The notes: a model not told the origin generated them from the letters alone. A stretch of 24,929 nt of DNA from a virus (IMGVR_UViG_3300042923_000186:64001-88929), one strand, 5' to 3'; numbered from the stretch's first letter, positions 12,448-20,225 are shown. Made by a program: numbers and translations.

Positions 12448-12599
12448 AATACATTAAATCCCTGTCAATTGCTATCCTCGTGTTCGTAGGGCTCTTGGCA
12501 CTTACAGGAGTGCTTGGTAAAGTAGCATTCGGCCTGACGCTGTTGTCCATCCTGTTCGCTCTCATCTGGGGGATGGTTTACGGATGTCTATACGGATGA
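12444..12599 (+). CDS. 51-aa membrane protein (2 TM)
   Basis: MKYIKSLSIAILVFVGLLALTGVLGKVAFGLTLLSILFALIWGMVYGCLYG; RBS AAGGAGG; ATGA overlaps. Confidence 0.8.
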   Translation: MKYIKSLSIAILVFVGLLALTGVLGKVAFGLTLLSILFALIWGMVYGCLYG

Positions 12600-12823
12600 A
12601 CGGCCTCCCTTACAAGGAAACCTTCGCCGCCAAGGGCAGTGAACTCTACCGAGCCCTGACCGAAGGCCCGGAGGGCGAACGAGCTACGAACGCTAAGAAG
12701 GTGTACACATTCACAACAGCACGTAGCAAGGCTACCTTACTCGGCGTACCTCCACCTAAGCAGGTGGTGGATGAGAAGGGAAAGACAACCATCGTCTGGC
12801 ATGACGGCTCAGTTTACAAATAG
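12596..12823 (+). CDS. hypothetical protein
   Basis: ATGA overlap at 12596 (alternative start 12584). Confidence 0.75.
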   Translation: MNGLPYKETFAAKGSELYRALTEGPEGERATNAKKVYTFTTARSKATLLGVPPPKQVVDEKGKTTIVWHDGSVYK

Positions 12824-12836
12824 ATAAGGAGGTAAT

Positions 12837-13202
12837 ATGTATTTTCTAGTGGCGGGAGTGGGACTGGCTTTTCTGGTCTGGGGACTCTACAAGGAATGGA
12901 TAATCTCTATATTACTGGGAGGTATTATTCTAGTGGTAACAGGTATTGTTGCATCAGAGAGCTCGGACTGGAATAAAGAGCAACGTGCCAAGCACCGTGC
13001 CGAGCAGATAGAGGACGCCAAACCTCGCCCCTACAGCACGTCTGGGGATGGCTGCACTGTGTACACGTTCAAGACGGATCGCTGGCAATTCTTCACTCGA
13101 TGCGACAGCACCACAACTACGGACAATAGCTACAAGAAAAGCTGCGGTAAGAATTGTAACAGGATGGTGGAGGAAAGCATCACCACGGAGAATAAGCAAT
13201 GA
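12837..13202 (+). CDS. membrane-anchored hypothetical protein
   Basis: RBS AAGGAGG; two N-terminal hydrophobic segments, Cys-containing soluble domain. Confidence 0.82.
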   Translation: MYFLVAGVGLAFLVWGLYKEWIISILLGGIILVVTGIVASESSDWNKEQRAKHRAEQIEDAKPRPYSTSGDGCTVYTFKTDRWQFFTRCDSTTTTDNSYKKSCGKNCNRMVEESITTENKQ

Positions 13203-13501
13203 CAACTGTTAGCTACGGCTCAGATATAGTAAAGTCGGTTAGTACTTTGAAGGTTGGAGATAAGGTGCATGACATCGGAGACACATTTGAGATGGATTTT
13301 CGCCTCGTAGGAAACGGAGTGGTCACGTCCACTACGCCGGAGTCCGCGACAGTATCCTTCGAGGTAGGGAAACCTTATACTTTTACGGACGATGACGTGA
13401 AGTACCTGTCCAGAGGTCATTTCGACTATGCGGAGGCAAAGAACAGGATTGCCGAATTATACGGCAAAGGTGCTGCCGGGCATGTACCAGTTCCGCAATG
13501 A
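13199..13501 (+). CDS. hypothetical protein
   Basis: 100 aa, ATGA overlap. Confidence 0.75.
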   Translation: MTTVSYGSDIVKSVSTLKVGDKVHDIGDTFEMDFRLVGNGVVTSTTPESATVSFEVGKPYTFTDDDVKYLSRGHFDYAEAKNRIAELYGKGAAGHVPVPQ

Positions 13502-13596
13502 CCTGTCCCAAGCCTCCTAGCAACGTCTGGGCATGGGCCGCAGGCGTCATCATCCTCACCTTCTCACTGGCTACCCTAGTAGCTGTCAACATCTGA
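13498..13596 (+). CDS. 32-aa single-TM peptide
   Basis: MTCPKPPSNVWAWAAGVIILTFSLATLVAVNI; ATGA overlap; terminator follows. Confidence 0.6.
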   Translation: MTCPKPPSNVWAWAAGVIILTFSLATLVAVNI

Positions 13597-13599
13597 ATG

Positions 13600-13622
13600 G
13601 CCCCGCCTTGTGCGGGCTTTTT
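13600..13622 (+). terminator. intrinsic terminator ending plus-strand block
   Basis: CCCGC-cttgt-GCGGG-C-TTTTT. Confidence 0.8.
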
Positions 13623-13624
13623 CT

Positions 13625-14849
13625 TGTCTAGCAATAATACCTAAAAATAAAAAATTAGCAGCTACCTTGACGGCATACCTAGTTGTAAATCTGGAAATAT
13701 ATCTGGAGTAGAGCTACTGGAGTCGTACTACATTAGCAATATGACATTGGCAGGAGGTCGCAATAACGGTAGCGGTTCTTAACAGGCCCACTCCCCATCG
13801 GGCAAGGGGTCTAGGATCGCTCAAAATATCTGTAGGAGGCGTCGTTAGGGACGGGTAAGGGGTAGACAGCCTAACACATACAAACGGCCTATAAACGCTC
13901 TATGAGCGTCTGAGGGGCTATGAGTAAATCCACAACACCCGTTATAGTCTTACTCGGTGGTGTACTGGAAGGTGTGTAAGTCCTTGATTTGCAAGGGGGA
14001 ATGTGCCTTATTGCGGGGATGCTGGAGGCGGATGATTTAGGTAGTGCACTATTGTTGTTAGAATACAACAGAAACGGCCTTGGCCGTGGTTGTAGCTAGA
14101 AAACAACGATATCTGATGTGACTAAATAGCCAACGGCTGCCGGTGAATTGTTTAGAACTAACCAGCATATTGCTGTTTTACAACAGACAAACAACAGGCT
14201 TCGTGTCCTCTCGGACCCTCGCCTTGCCCTTGCCTATGCCACCCGGTGCGCTCGTGTAGTATTGCTTATGTAGTACTACTTATGTCATATGCTTATGTTA
14301 TATTATTATGTTATATATAACATAGCTACGCTATGTAGTACGTGCCCTTATCAGGGCTTATGTATGTGTCATTAGCATGACGGATACAACCATTGAACGC
14401 CCTATAGGGGCGTGAGGGTGTTGTGTAGTGGGGTAGTGGTGGAGGGTAGCCGCTAGGCTGTGATACGCATGGCTGATGCCATGTAGACGCTATGCCCGTG
14501 GGCATGTAGATATGACATGGCTAGGCGCCATGTAGTACGTCTGTACTGCATTGCTTGATCCGGCCAAGGGTGGACGTACAGGGCAGGGGTATTGCTTATG
14601 CGTGTTCTTATGTAGAATAGAGGTGGGGCAGCAGTAGAGGGTAGCTCTCCCTCGCGTGACTTCCTACATCCCCGTTGCTTTGTCTGGATGTTATTCGGAC
14701 GATGTGACGTGGAAGCCACTTGCGTAAGACCCCGCCATATACAACTAAGGCTTGCGTATAGCCTCTACAGGGCGTTATCAGGGGCAGGGTAAGGGGTAGG
14801 CTAGGGTAGACGTAGAAAACGCCTTAGAAGGGCTGTGCTCTGAGACGTG
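13625..14849. other. ~1.2-kb gene-free region between convergent terminators (candidate terminus/packaging region)
   Basis: No supported ORF; GGGTAAGGGGTAG at 13853-13865 and 14787-14799; AT-rich palindromic patch 14255-14345. Confidence 0.6.
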
Positions 14850-14872
14850 AAAAAGCCCGCACTAAGCGGGCT
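14850..14872 (-). terminator. intrinsic terminator ending minus-strand block
   Basis: AGCCCGC-ttagt-GCGGGCT-TTTT. Confidence 0.85.
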
Positions 14873-14876
14873 GTTG

Positions 14877-15092
14877 CTATTCTTGCGGCTGTTCAGGATC
14901 GAAGGGCCATTTCAGGTAACGGCCTACGTTCTCTCGATAGCACACAGTTATTGTGTATCCTTCACTTTCCGGGAACAGTTTACAGAATTGACTGTACATG
15001 GACTTGGCTTTTACTTCATCCGTCAAGCTGCGCTCTGCTGTGGCGAAGTGGTGATTACCATCTTTTGCAACGTTGATTTCGTAGTAAGGCAT
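14877..15092 (-). CDS. phage hypothetical protein
   Basis: RBS AGGAG; YEINVAKDGNHHFAT...FPESEGY. Confidence 0.82.
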   Translation of the reverse strand: MPYYEINVAKDGNHHFATAERSLTDEVKAKSMYSQFCKLFPESEGYTITVCYRENVGRYLKWPFDPEQPQE

Positions 15093-15107
15093 TTTATTCT
15101 CCTGTTG

Positions 15108-15212
15108 TCATAACGGGGAGGGCGATGCTAACCATTCGTCATACGTCACCGGCTGGGTGTTGTTTAGGCAGCACTGGTCTACGTATGCAAGGTAGAGCTT
15201 ATGCTTATGCAC
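15108..15212 (-). CDS. 34-aa hypothetical peptide
   Basis: GTG start overlapping upstream stop, AGGGG RBS: MHKHKLYLAYVDQCCLNNTQPVTYDEWLASPSPL. Confidence 0.5.
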   Translation of the reverse strand: MHKHKLYLAYVDQCCLNNTQPVTYDEWLASPSPL

Positions 15213-15450
15213 GGTTGGCCCCTGTCAGCATTGCTGTTTCATATTCAGCAATCTTATCAAGCGTGATCCATTCCGGTTTTACTGGAAGGGTGTTGTAAAT
15301 CTCTCGCATCTTGGCTATCTGATCTGGCACGTTCCCGGCCCACAGATGCTTTTCGCTCCTGCTGCCGAAGTTGAGGAAGTAATCACAGTCCTGTTGCAAG
15401 CGGCCTAGCAGCATGTAATCGAAACTGGTAATCGTGTCTGATGTGGACAT
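15205..15450 (-). CDS. stand-alone LPD11 (large polyvalent protein-associated domain 11) protein
   Basis: FDYMLLGRLQQDCDYFL..G.R..KHLWAG....QI.KMRE.Y..L..KPEWIT...I..YE..M matches the LPD11 pattern as I recall it. Confidence 0.8.
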   Translation of the reverse strand: MSTSDTITSFDYMLLGRLQQDCDYFLNFGSRSEKHLWAGNVPDQIAKMREIYNTLPVKPEWITLDKIAEYETAMLTGANRA

Positions 15451-15458
15451 GGCAGCCT

Positions 15459-15689
15459 TTACAGGAAATTGAACGATTCAGGGGATGGCAGCAAATACAG
15501 GGCCGGGTCTACTTCGTTGAACAGGAACGTATAGGCTTCATCAAGCGCTTCGCTGTACGTGAAGCATTTGACGGTGAATGCTTCGGGGTCAGCCGCGATG
15601 TAGGCTGAGACAGGGCCAGCGCCCGTTATCACGTAGCCGAAAGCGGCAAGAATTTCGGCACGGCTTGCATTTTGTAAAGATGTGTTCAT
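15459..15689 (-). CDS. hypothetical protein
   Basis: 76 aa, RBS AAGGA. Confidence 0.75.
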   Translation of the reverse strand: MNTSLQNASRAEILAAFGYVITGAGPVSAYIAADPEAFTVKCFTYSEALDEAYTFLFNEVDPALYLLPSPESFNFL

Positions 15690-15759
15690 TATGTTTCCTT
15701 AGATTCGGTGGATACGGGTAATCGGGTTACTACGTCTGAATGCCTCGCCCTTGCACAAT

Positions 15760-15954
15760 TTAGAGGGAGGTATAAACGCGGCACTCAATAGAGCACACTT
15801 TAATGAATGCCACTTTTTGCCCTTTGCTCTTGCGGTAGGCTTTTTCTTTTGCCTTCTTATCTGCCAGTTGCTCAGGGGTATTAGCAGTAATTACGCCGTT
15901 CAGGTAGTAGCATTCCCCTTTGATGATCCGGGTTCCGTTGGCTGATTTAGTCAT
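15760..15954 (-). CDS. hypothetical basic protein
   Basis: 64 aa, RBS GGAG, own promoter. Confidence 0.75.
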   Translation of the reverse strand: MTKSANGTRIIKGECYYLNGVITANTPEQLADKKAKEKAYRKSKGQKVAFIKVCSIECRVYTSL

Positions 15955-15985
15955 GGTTGGCTCCGTTGCGCTGGTTGATGTAGAG

Positions 15986-16014
15986 ATATTACGCTACCTA
16001 GCTAGCTAACGCAA
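15986..16014 (-). promoter_or_regulatory. sigma70 promoter
   Basis: TTGCGT-tagctagctaggtagcg(17)-TAATAT. Confidence 0.75.
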
Positions 16015-16028
16015 GCACCTTTTAGGAT

Positions 16029-16745
16029 TTATTCTCGTTGTATTTTTGCAACGTCCATGCTGTCAAGGCGACGGCGGGGAACAGCCACGGTGACATCGTG
16101 TGAGATGGGCACAAGACGCAAGTTGTAGCGTCTGAGAAACGCCGGGGCACTGGCCCGCATCTTCGCCCGCTCATCCTCGCTTAGCACGCCCCATGTCTTT
16201 ATCATGAATTCGACAACCCTTGAATACTGGGATGCGAAGTCTGCATTGGCAATGCTGGCGATCATGCGCTTCTTTCCTGCTGTAGCTTGTATCCTCAACA
16301 GATTCTTTCCGACAGGAAGCCCTAGAGTCACATGTTTTAATGTTCCGTCTTTGTTGAAACCAACTACGCCCGACACGCGTTCAATAGCAGCATTGGCAAA
16401 GAGCTTTGCCACTTGGGGATGCTGTTCTATTTCATTTGGTGCTAGCTTATTGGCGGGGAAGGATGGAGTTTCGTTTAATCCGTACCGTGTTATAAAATGG
16501 GCTTCGGTGCCTTTCAACCGTGTTAGCTCGATTTCATCTTTTATATGATACTGCTGGGCAATAAAAGCAACTGCCTTTGCATATTGAGTATTAAAGTCAA
16601 CCCTGTGAAGATAGAGAGTGGATGTCTTGCCGTTTACTCTGGCCTGTATTCTTCGGGGATAACGGCCTAGTGGCTTTAATAGCACTACGTCCTTAAGTGT
16701 GCCGTCGTCCCTGTACTCAGGAGAATTGGGTAATTGATTTCTCAT
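16029..16745 (-). CDS. hypothetical protein with two tandem homologous domains
   Basis: DGTLKDVVL..P.G...RIQA...DF..QY...V.F...E...RY.L repeated twice; no clear RBS. Confidence 0.78.
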   Translation of the reverse strand: MRNQLPNSPEYRDDGTLKDVVLLKPLGRYPRRIQARVNGKTSTLYLHRVDFNTQYAKAVAFIAQQYHIKDEIELTRLKGTEAHFITRYGLNETPSFPANKLAPNEIEQHPQVAKLFANAAIERVSGVVGFNKDGTLKHVTLGLPVGKNLLRIQATAGKKRMIASIANADFASQYSRVVEFMIKTWGVLSEDERAKMRASAPAFLRRYNLRLVPISHDVTVAVPRRRLDSMDVAKIQRE

Positions 16746-16768
16746 GATTTAGCGGGAAATGTTAAAAG

Positions 16769-16839
16769 AGGGGCATGCATTGTGCGGCCATCCCGTGAAG
16801 ACGCGCAGACCCTTGAGCTTGAGTCTTAAGCATGCCCCT
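16769..16839 (-). terminator. branched hairpin followed by U-tract (terminator or attenuator-like)
   Basis: 10-bp inverted repeat AGGGGCATGC/GCATGCCCCT enclosing two small hairpins, then CTTTT. Confidence 0.45.
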
Positions 16840-16849
16840 TAAACTTGTG

Positions 16850-17050
16850 CTAAGCCGTGCGGCTGTCGATCACGAACCGGATTATAGCCGCTTCCAATTC
16901 TGCTGCACGGTCGTCTGTGGCTGCGGAGAGACTTGAGCGTGCCATAGCCTGATAAACGCCCGCCATGGCGTCAGCCACTGTGGAGCGCTCCACGGGCGGT
17001 AAATTTTCCCGTAAGGCCATATAAAGCCGGGCGTCTGCTGAGAGGGTCAT
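16850..17050 (-). CDS. hypothetical protein
   Basis: Start reassigned to ATG 17050 after GGAG. Confidence 0.75.
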   Translation of the reverse strand: MTLSADARLYMALRENLPPVERSTVADAMAGVYQAMARSSLSAATDDRAAELEAAIIRFVIDSRTA

Positions 17051-17052
17051 GA

Positions 17053-17757
17053 TTATTTCTCCGTCCAACGTGTGCCGAGTTCGTTAACATGGCGACGTGT
17101 AACGGAATACAACGCATCGGAATACTTAGGTGGCTCACTGCCAATGTCCACAAGGATATTTTCCATATCCCCTCGACGTTTTGCATTCCTTGCCACAGTA
17201 TGCGCCTGATTAACGCTGGTGCATTCGATAATGAATATCGCTTGCTTTTTGTCCGCTTGTTTCAAACGGGACATCATAATGTCCCGCATGCTGACGAATG
17301 CGACAGGGGCAGGCTTTCCGTCTTGAATGACGAAGGGATCAATTACGCCACCGTTTCCGCCGTTGTCGTCATTCAGGGGTTGGCCCAGCAGGGATGCGGG
17401 CTGTTCTGTTACGGCTTCGGTAGGCAAGTGGGACAGGTCGGAGAACGAATCGCCCAGCAGCATAACATCGGGCTCGATAGGAGCCGCTACAGGCGGTTCT
17501 GTGGCGTCGTGGCCCTCTCGTACCAGAGCGGCTATTGGAGGGGCGCTATGGGCTTCTGCTGCCGTCTGCTGGGCATTGTCACGTTCGGACAGTTCGTATC
17601 CGGCTTGGCATGCTGCGATTACCTGACGACCCGTGAGTTTCAGGTCTTTACCGACAGAAATACTGCCTTCACCTTTACTCATTCGCAAAAATACTTCTTT
17701 GCATTTATCCTCACCATAGGATTTGATTGCGCGTTTGGTGCTGTCTGAGAGTTTCAT
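17053..17757 (-). CDS. two-domain hypothetical protein with Pro/acidic linker
   Basis: Start reassigned to ATG 17757 after GGAG; 234 aa. Confidence 0.78.
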   Translation of the reverse strand: MKLSDSTKRAIKSYGEDKCKEVFLRMSKGEGSISVGKDLKLTGRQVIAACQAGYELSERDNAQQTAAEAHSAPPIAALVREGHDATEPPVAAPIEPDVMLLGDSFSDLSHLPTEAVTEQPASLLGQPLNDDNGGNGGVIDPFVIQDGKPAPVAFVSMRDIMMSRLKQADKKQAIFIIECTSVNQAHTVARNAKRRGDMENILVDIGSEPPKYSDALYSVTRRHVNELGTRWTEK

Positions 17758-17758
17758 T

Positions 17759-17959
17759 TTAAGCTCCGTGGCAGGCTTGATTGACGATTTGAATTGCTCT
17801 TGCTGCTGATGCGGCAATTGCTTCAGGTGATGCACCGTGACGGACATACGCCGCCAGTTCATTTAACGCCGTCGTCATCTGAGAATAAGTCGGCAATACG
17901 GCGTTATTCAAATAGGCGTCAGCTTGTTCGATTGCTTCGGTTTGGGAGTCGTTCAACAT
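17759..17959 (-). CDS. hypothetical protein
   Basis: 66 aa, RBS GGAG, LPTYSQM motif. Confidence 0.78.
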   Translation of the reverse strand: MLNDSQTEAIEQADAYLNNAVLPTYSQMTTALNELAAYVRHGASPEAIAASAARAIQIVNQACHGA

Positions 17960-17995
17960 TTTAGTTCTCCAGAGGCGCCCGAAGGCGCGGGGTTG

Positions 17996-18148
17996 TTAGG
18001 CGGTCTTTCCCTTGTAATGCAGCTCGCACGCGAGGCCGTCGCAGGCCAACGCGGCGTCGTCCAGACAGACGAATTCACGTGCCGATCCGTCGGGGAATTG
18101 CACGAGATATTTGCCGCTGCTTTCGCTGAAATGCGCCAGTGCTGCCAT
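17996..18148 (-). CDS. 50-aa hypothetical protein
   Basis: MAALAHFSESSGKYLVQFPDGSAREFVCLDDAALACDGLACELHYKGKTA; RBS AGGA. Confidence 0.7.
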   Translation of the reverse strand: MAALAHFSESSGKYLVQFPDGSAREFVCLDDAALACDGLACELHYKGKTA

Positions 18149-18188
18149 GATCCTGCCCTTTCAGTTCTCGCCCCGAAGGGCGTTGTTA

Positions 18189-18350
18189 TTAGATGGCTTC
18201 GATTTTGTCGGCAAAGAACGTCGGGCCGACAGATTTGCCACCGCGAATTTCTTGCACGACGGTTTTACCGTTACGAACTTCCACGACAACGACGTTAAAA
18301 ATCATGGCGCCGCTAGTGGTGAAAATCGTTGCTTTGTGCGTTGCTTTCAT
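18189..18350 (-). CDS. 53-aa beta-rich hypothetical protein
   Basis: MKATHKATIFTTSGAMIFNVVVVEVRNGKTVVQEIRGGKSVGPTFFADKIEAI; RBS AAGGGG; first gene after promoter. Confidence 0.72.
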   Translation of the reverse strand: MKATHKATIFTTSGAMIFNVVVVEVRNGKTVVQEIRGGKSVGPTFFADKIEAI

Positions 18351-18404
18351 GGTGTTACCCCTTTGTTCTCTGCCGCTGCGCCTATCGCTGCGTCCATGAG
18401 TAGA

Positions 18405-18433
18405 ACTATAACGGTTAGCTACCTAACTAGCAA
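18405..18433 (-). promoter_or_regulatory. sigma70 promoter with upstream A-tracts
   Basis: TTGCTA-gttaggtagctaaccgt(17)-TATAGT. Confidence 0.78.
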
Positions 18434-18529
18434 GTTCTTTTTGAATTTATTTTTAGGGCATCCGCTCTAATTATTTCTGTGGTAATATGTCATTGGTGGA
18501 ACTCCGTCCGCTCTATGGCACTCAGTCCT

Positions 18530-18557
18530 AAAAAGAAGCCTGCGGGGCGGCAGGCTT
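18530..18557 (-). terminator. intrinsic terminator
   Basis: AAGCCTGC-cgcccc-GCAGGCTT-CTTTTT. Confidence 0.85.
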
Positions 18558-18716
18558 TAAAGTGTATCTTCAAGGCAATCATTCCCACTTGCAACGCTAG
18601 GGGACTTACACAGCGCCCCCGGCAGAGTCCCATCACGTTCCCGCGTGACGGTACAAAGATGAGAATCCGAGTAGCTGAGAACGGGCTAGGAGTGCTCCCG
18701 TTCCGCTGATGCCCCG
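18530..18716 (-). ncRNA. putative ~185-nt small RNA
   Basis: Between promoter 18723-18749 and terminator; three clear hairpins; the only ORF starts inside the -10 box. Confidence 0.6.
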
Positions 18717-18722
18717 GAAGCA

Positions 18723-18749
18723 ATTATAGCAGAAGTGTAAGAATGTCAA
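18723..18749 (-). promoter_or_regulatory. sigma70-like promoter (short spacer)
   Basis: TTGACA-15 nt-TATAAT with upstream AT-rich tract. Confidence 0.6.
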
Positions 18750-18773
18750 AGAAATTATTTTGCAGGAATTATT

Positions 18774-18953
18774 TTACTCTGGAGCAACCCAGCTATCCCC
18801 GATGCGCTCCACCTTGTCATTTGTCGCCATGCACACAAGCCAGATGCCGTCAGGCAGGGCCGTGAAGATTTGCCCGGCTGGCGTATCGGCCTGCCAGTAG
18901 TAATCCAGCTTATCCGCGTTGAGCTTCGATACGATCGCTTCTTTAGTCAGCAT
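18774..18953 (-). CDS. hypothetical protein
   Basis: Start reassigned to ATG 18953 (MLTKEAIV) after GAGAG. Confidence 0.7.
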   Translation of the reverse strand: MLTKEAIVSKLNADKLDYYWQADTPAGQIFTALPDGIWLVCMATNDKVERIGDSWVAPE

Positions 18954-19179
18954 TGCTAGTCTCTCTCGCCACCTTGGCATATTGGGAGAGGCGTACTGCT
19001 AATTCGTCGGCCTCGTCAGCCGTCAGCAGGTGCTCTATTGCCAGACTGCGGCCAAGGCCCGATGTGTGAAACACGAGGGATACAGACGGCTTTCCGTCGC
19101 GGTAGACATAGCCAACACTGGCATACGTGGGGATAGATGCAGGCTTATTGCTATACAGGAATTTTTCAGCGGATAGCAT
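18943..19179 (-). CDS. hypothetical protein
   Basis: 78 aa, RBS GGAG, abuts upstream stop. Confidence 0.75.
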   Translation of the reverse strand: MLSAEKFLYSNKPASIPTYASVGYVYRDGKPSVSLVFHTSGLGRSLAIEHLLTADEADELAVRLSQYAKVARETSNAD

Positions 19180-19395
19180 TTATCCGTCTCCCTTGATGAT
19201 GTTTGCCAATTCCTGTAATTCTATGTGGTCTGTGCTGTTCGGATTCCCGGCCAGATAACGGCGGATAGCAAGCCTGTGATGATAACGTGCGGCCTCGTGG
19301 TTCAACGCCTGATTTAAAGCTGTCTCGTGATAGGTTCGATTATCTGCAATGGCAATCAGAATTTCAGAGAGGCGGAAGAATGGCAGCATGGTCAT
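19180..19395 (-). CDS. hypothetical protein
   Basis: Start reassigned to ATG 19395 (ATGA overlap). Confidence 0.75.
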   Translation of the reverse strand: MTMLPFFRLSEILIAIADNRTYHETALNQALNHEAARYHHRLAIRRYLAGNPNSTDHIELQELANIIKGDG

Positions 19396-19607
19396 GGAAT
19401 TCCCTTTGTTCTCACGCAAAGCAATGCGCACGGATATTTGGTTTTCATTTCAGCATGGCACGACATTATATCAGGGTTGTTCTGTGCCGTCTCCGTTACG
19501 TGCTCTGCCTGTAGCCTGTCGGCAAACACCGGGCTTACCATCACTTCGTCTATCTCCTGTAGGCTTGCCCAATCGAATACGACGAGGAAAGCGGCCCAAT
19601 GGTTCAT
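19392..19607 (-). CDS. hypothetical protein
   Basis: 71 aa, RBS GAGG. Confidence 0.68.
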   Translation of the reverse strand: MNHWAAFLVVFDWASLQEIDEVMVSPVFADRLQAEHVTETAQNNPDIMSCHAEMKTKYPCALLCVRTKGIP

Positions 19608-19622
19608 TATCGGGCCTCTGTG

Positions 19623-20177
19623 TTACAGGACGGCTACAAGGGCGTGAGGCTTAATCCAGATGGTACGGCCCTTTTCGTCTGTCAGTGCGATATAGCCGCT
19701 GCCGTCAGGGTCAGCGTGGCCGACAGTGAAAACGCCTTTCATCGGGGCGCCTGATTTATACAATCGGCTAACCGATTTACCGGCAGGTACGGTATTAATT
19801 TGGGCTGTTTTAGTTTCAGCCACGATAAGCGTGTGCATAGCCGCGTTCAGGGTTTTAACCGTTTCCTTGGCTTCTGCCTCAGTGTAGTAATACATGGGCA
19901 CATGCAATTGTCCGGGGACGGTTTGAACGTCCGCAGTAGTCCACATAAACTGTCGATTCTCGATCAACACCGTGTAAGGTGGAACGAATACGCCCCGGTG
20001 AGGGAATACAGACCATTCGGAACCATTATCCCGTTTCAGGACAATAATATCGCTTTCACGGCTGGCCGGGGATTCTTCGACGCGGATAACCGGGTAGACA
20101 CGGGGCTCGTCGCCCTGTCCGCATTCTTCCATCCATTCACGGGAGACACGGAAGAATTTCTTTTGAAAGTTGCTCAT
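19623..20177 (-). CDS. hypothetical multi-module protein
   Basis: Start reassigned to ATG 20177 after AGGAG; first gene after promoter. Confidence 0.8.
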   Translation of the reverse strand: MSNFQKKFFRVSREWMEECGQGDEPRVYPVIRVEESPASRESDIIVLKRDNGSEWSVFPHRGVFVPPYTVLIENRQFMWTTADVQTVPGQLHVPMYYYTEAEAKETVKTLNAAMHTLIVAETKTAQINTVPAGKSVSRLYKSGAPMKGVFTVGHADPDGSGYIALTDEKGRTIWIKPHALVAVL

Positions 20178-20225
20178 CGGGAACACTCCTAAAAGGGCGC
20201 CACACAATGCGACGCCACAGACAGA

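Noticed and set aside
14453-14719. 88-aa minus-strand ORF in the gene-free region
   Set aside because: No RBS or promoter, lies past the terminator of the minus-strand block, and has low-complexity composition.
18490-18723. 77-aa ORF from the track
   Set aside because: The TTG start lies in the -10 box, there is no RBS, and the ORF runs through a strong terminator.
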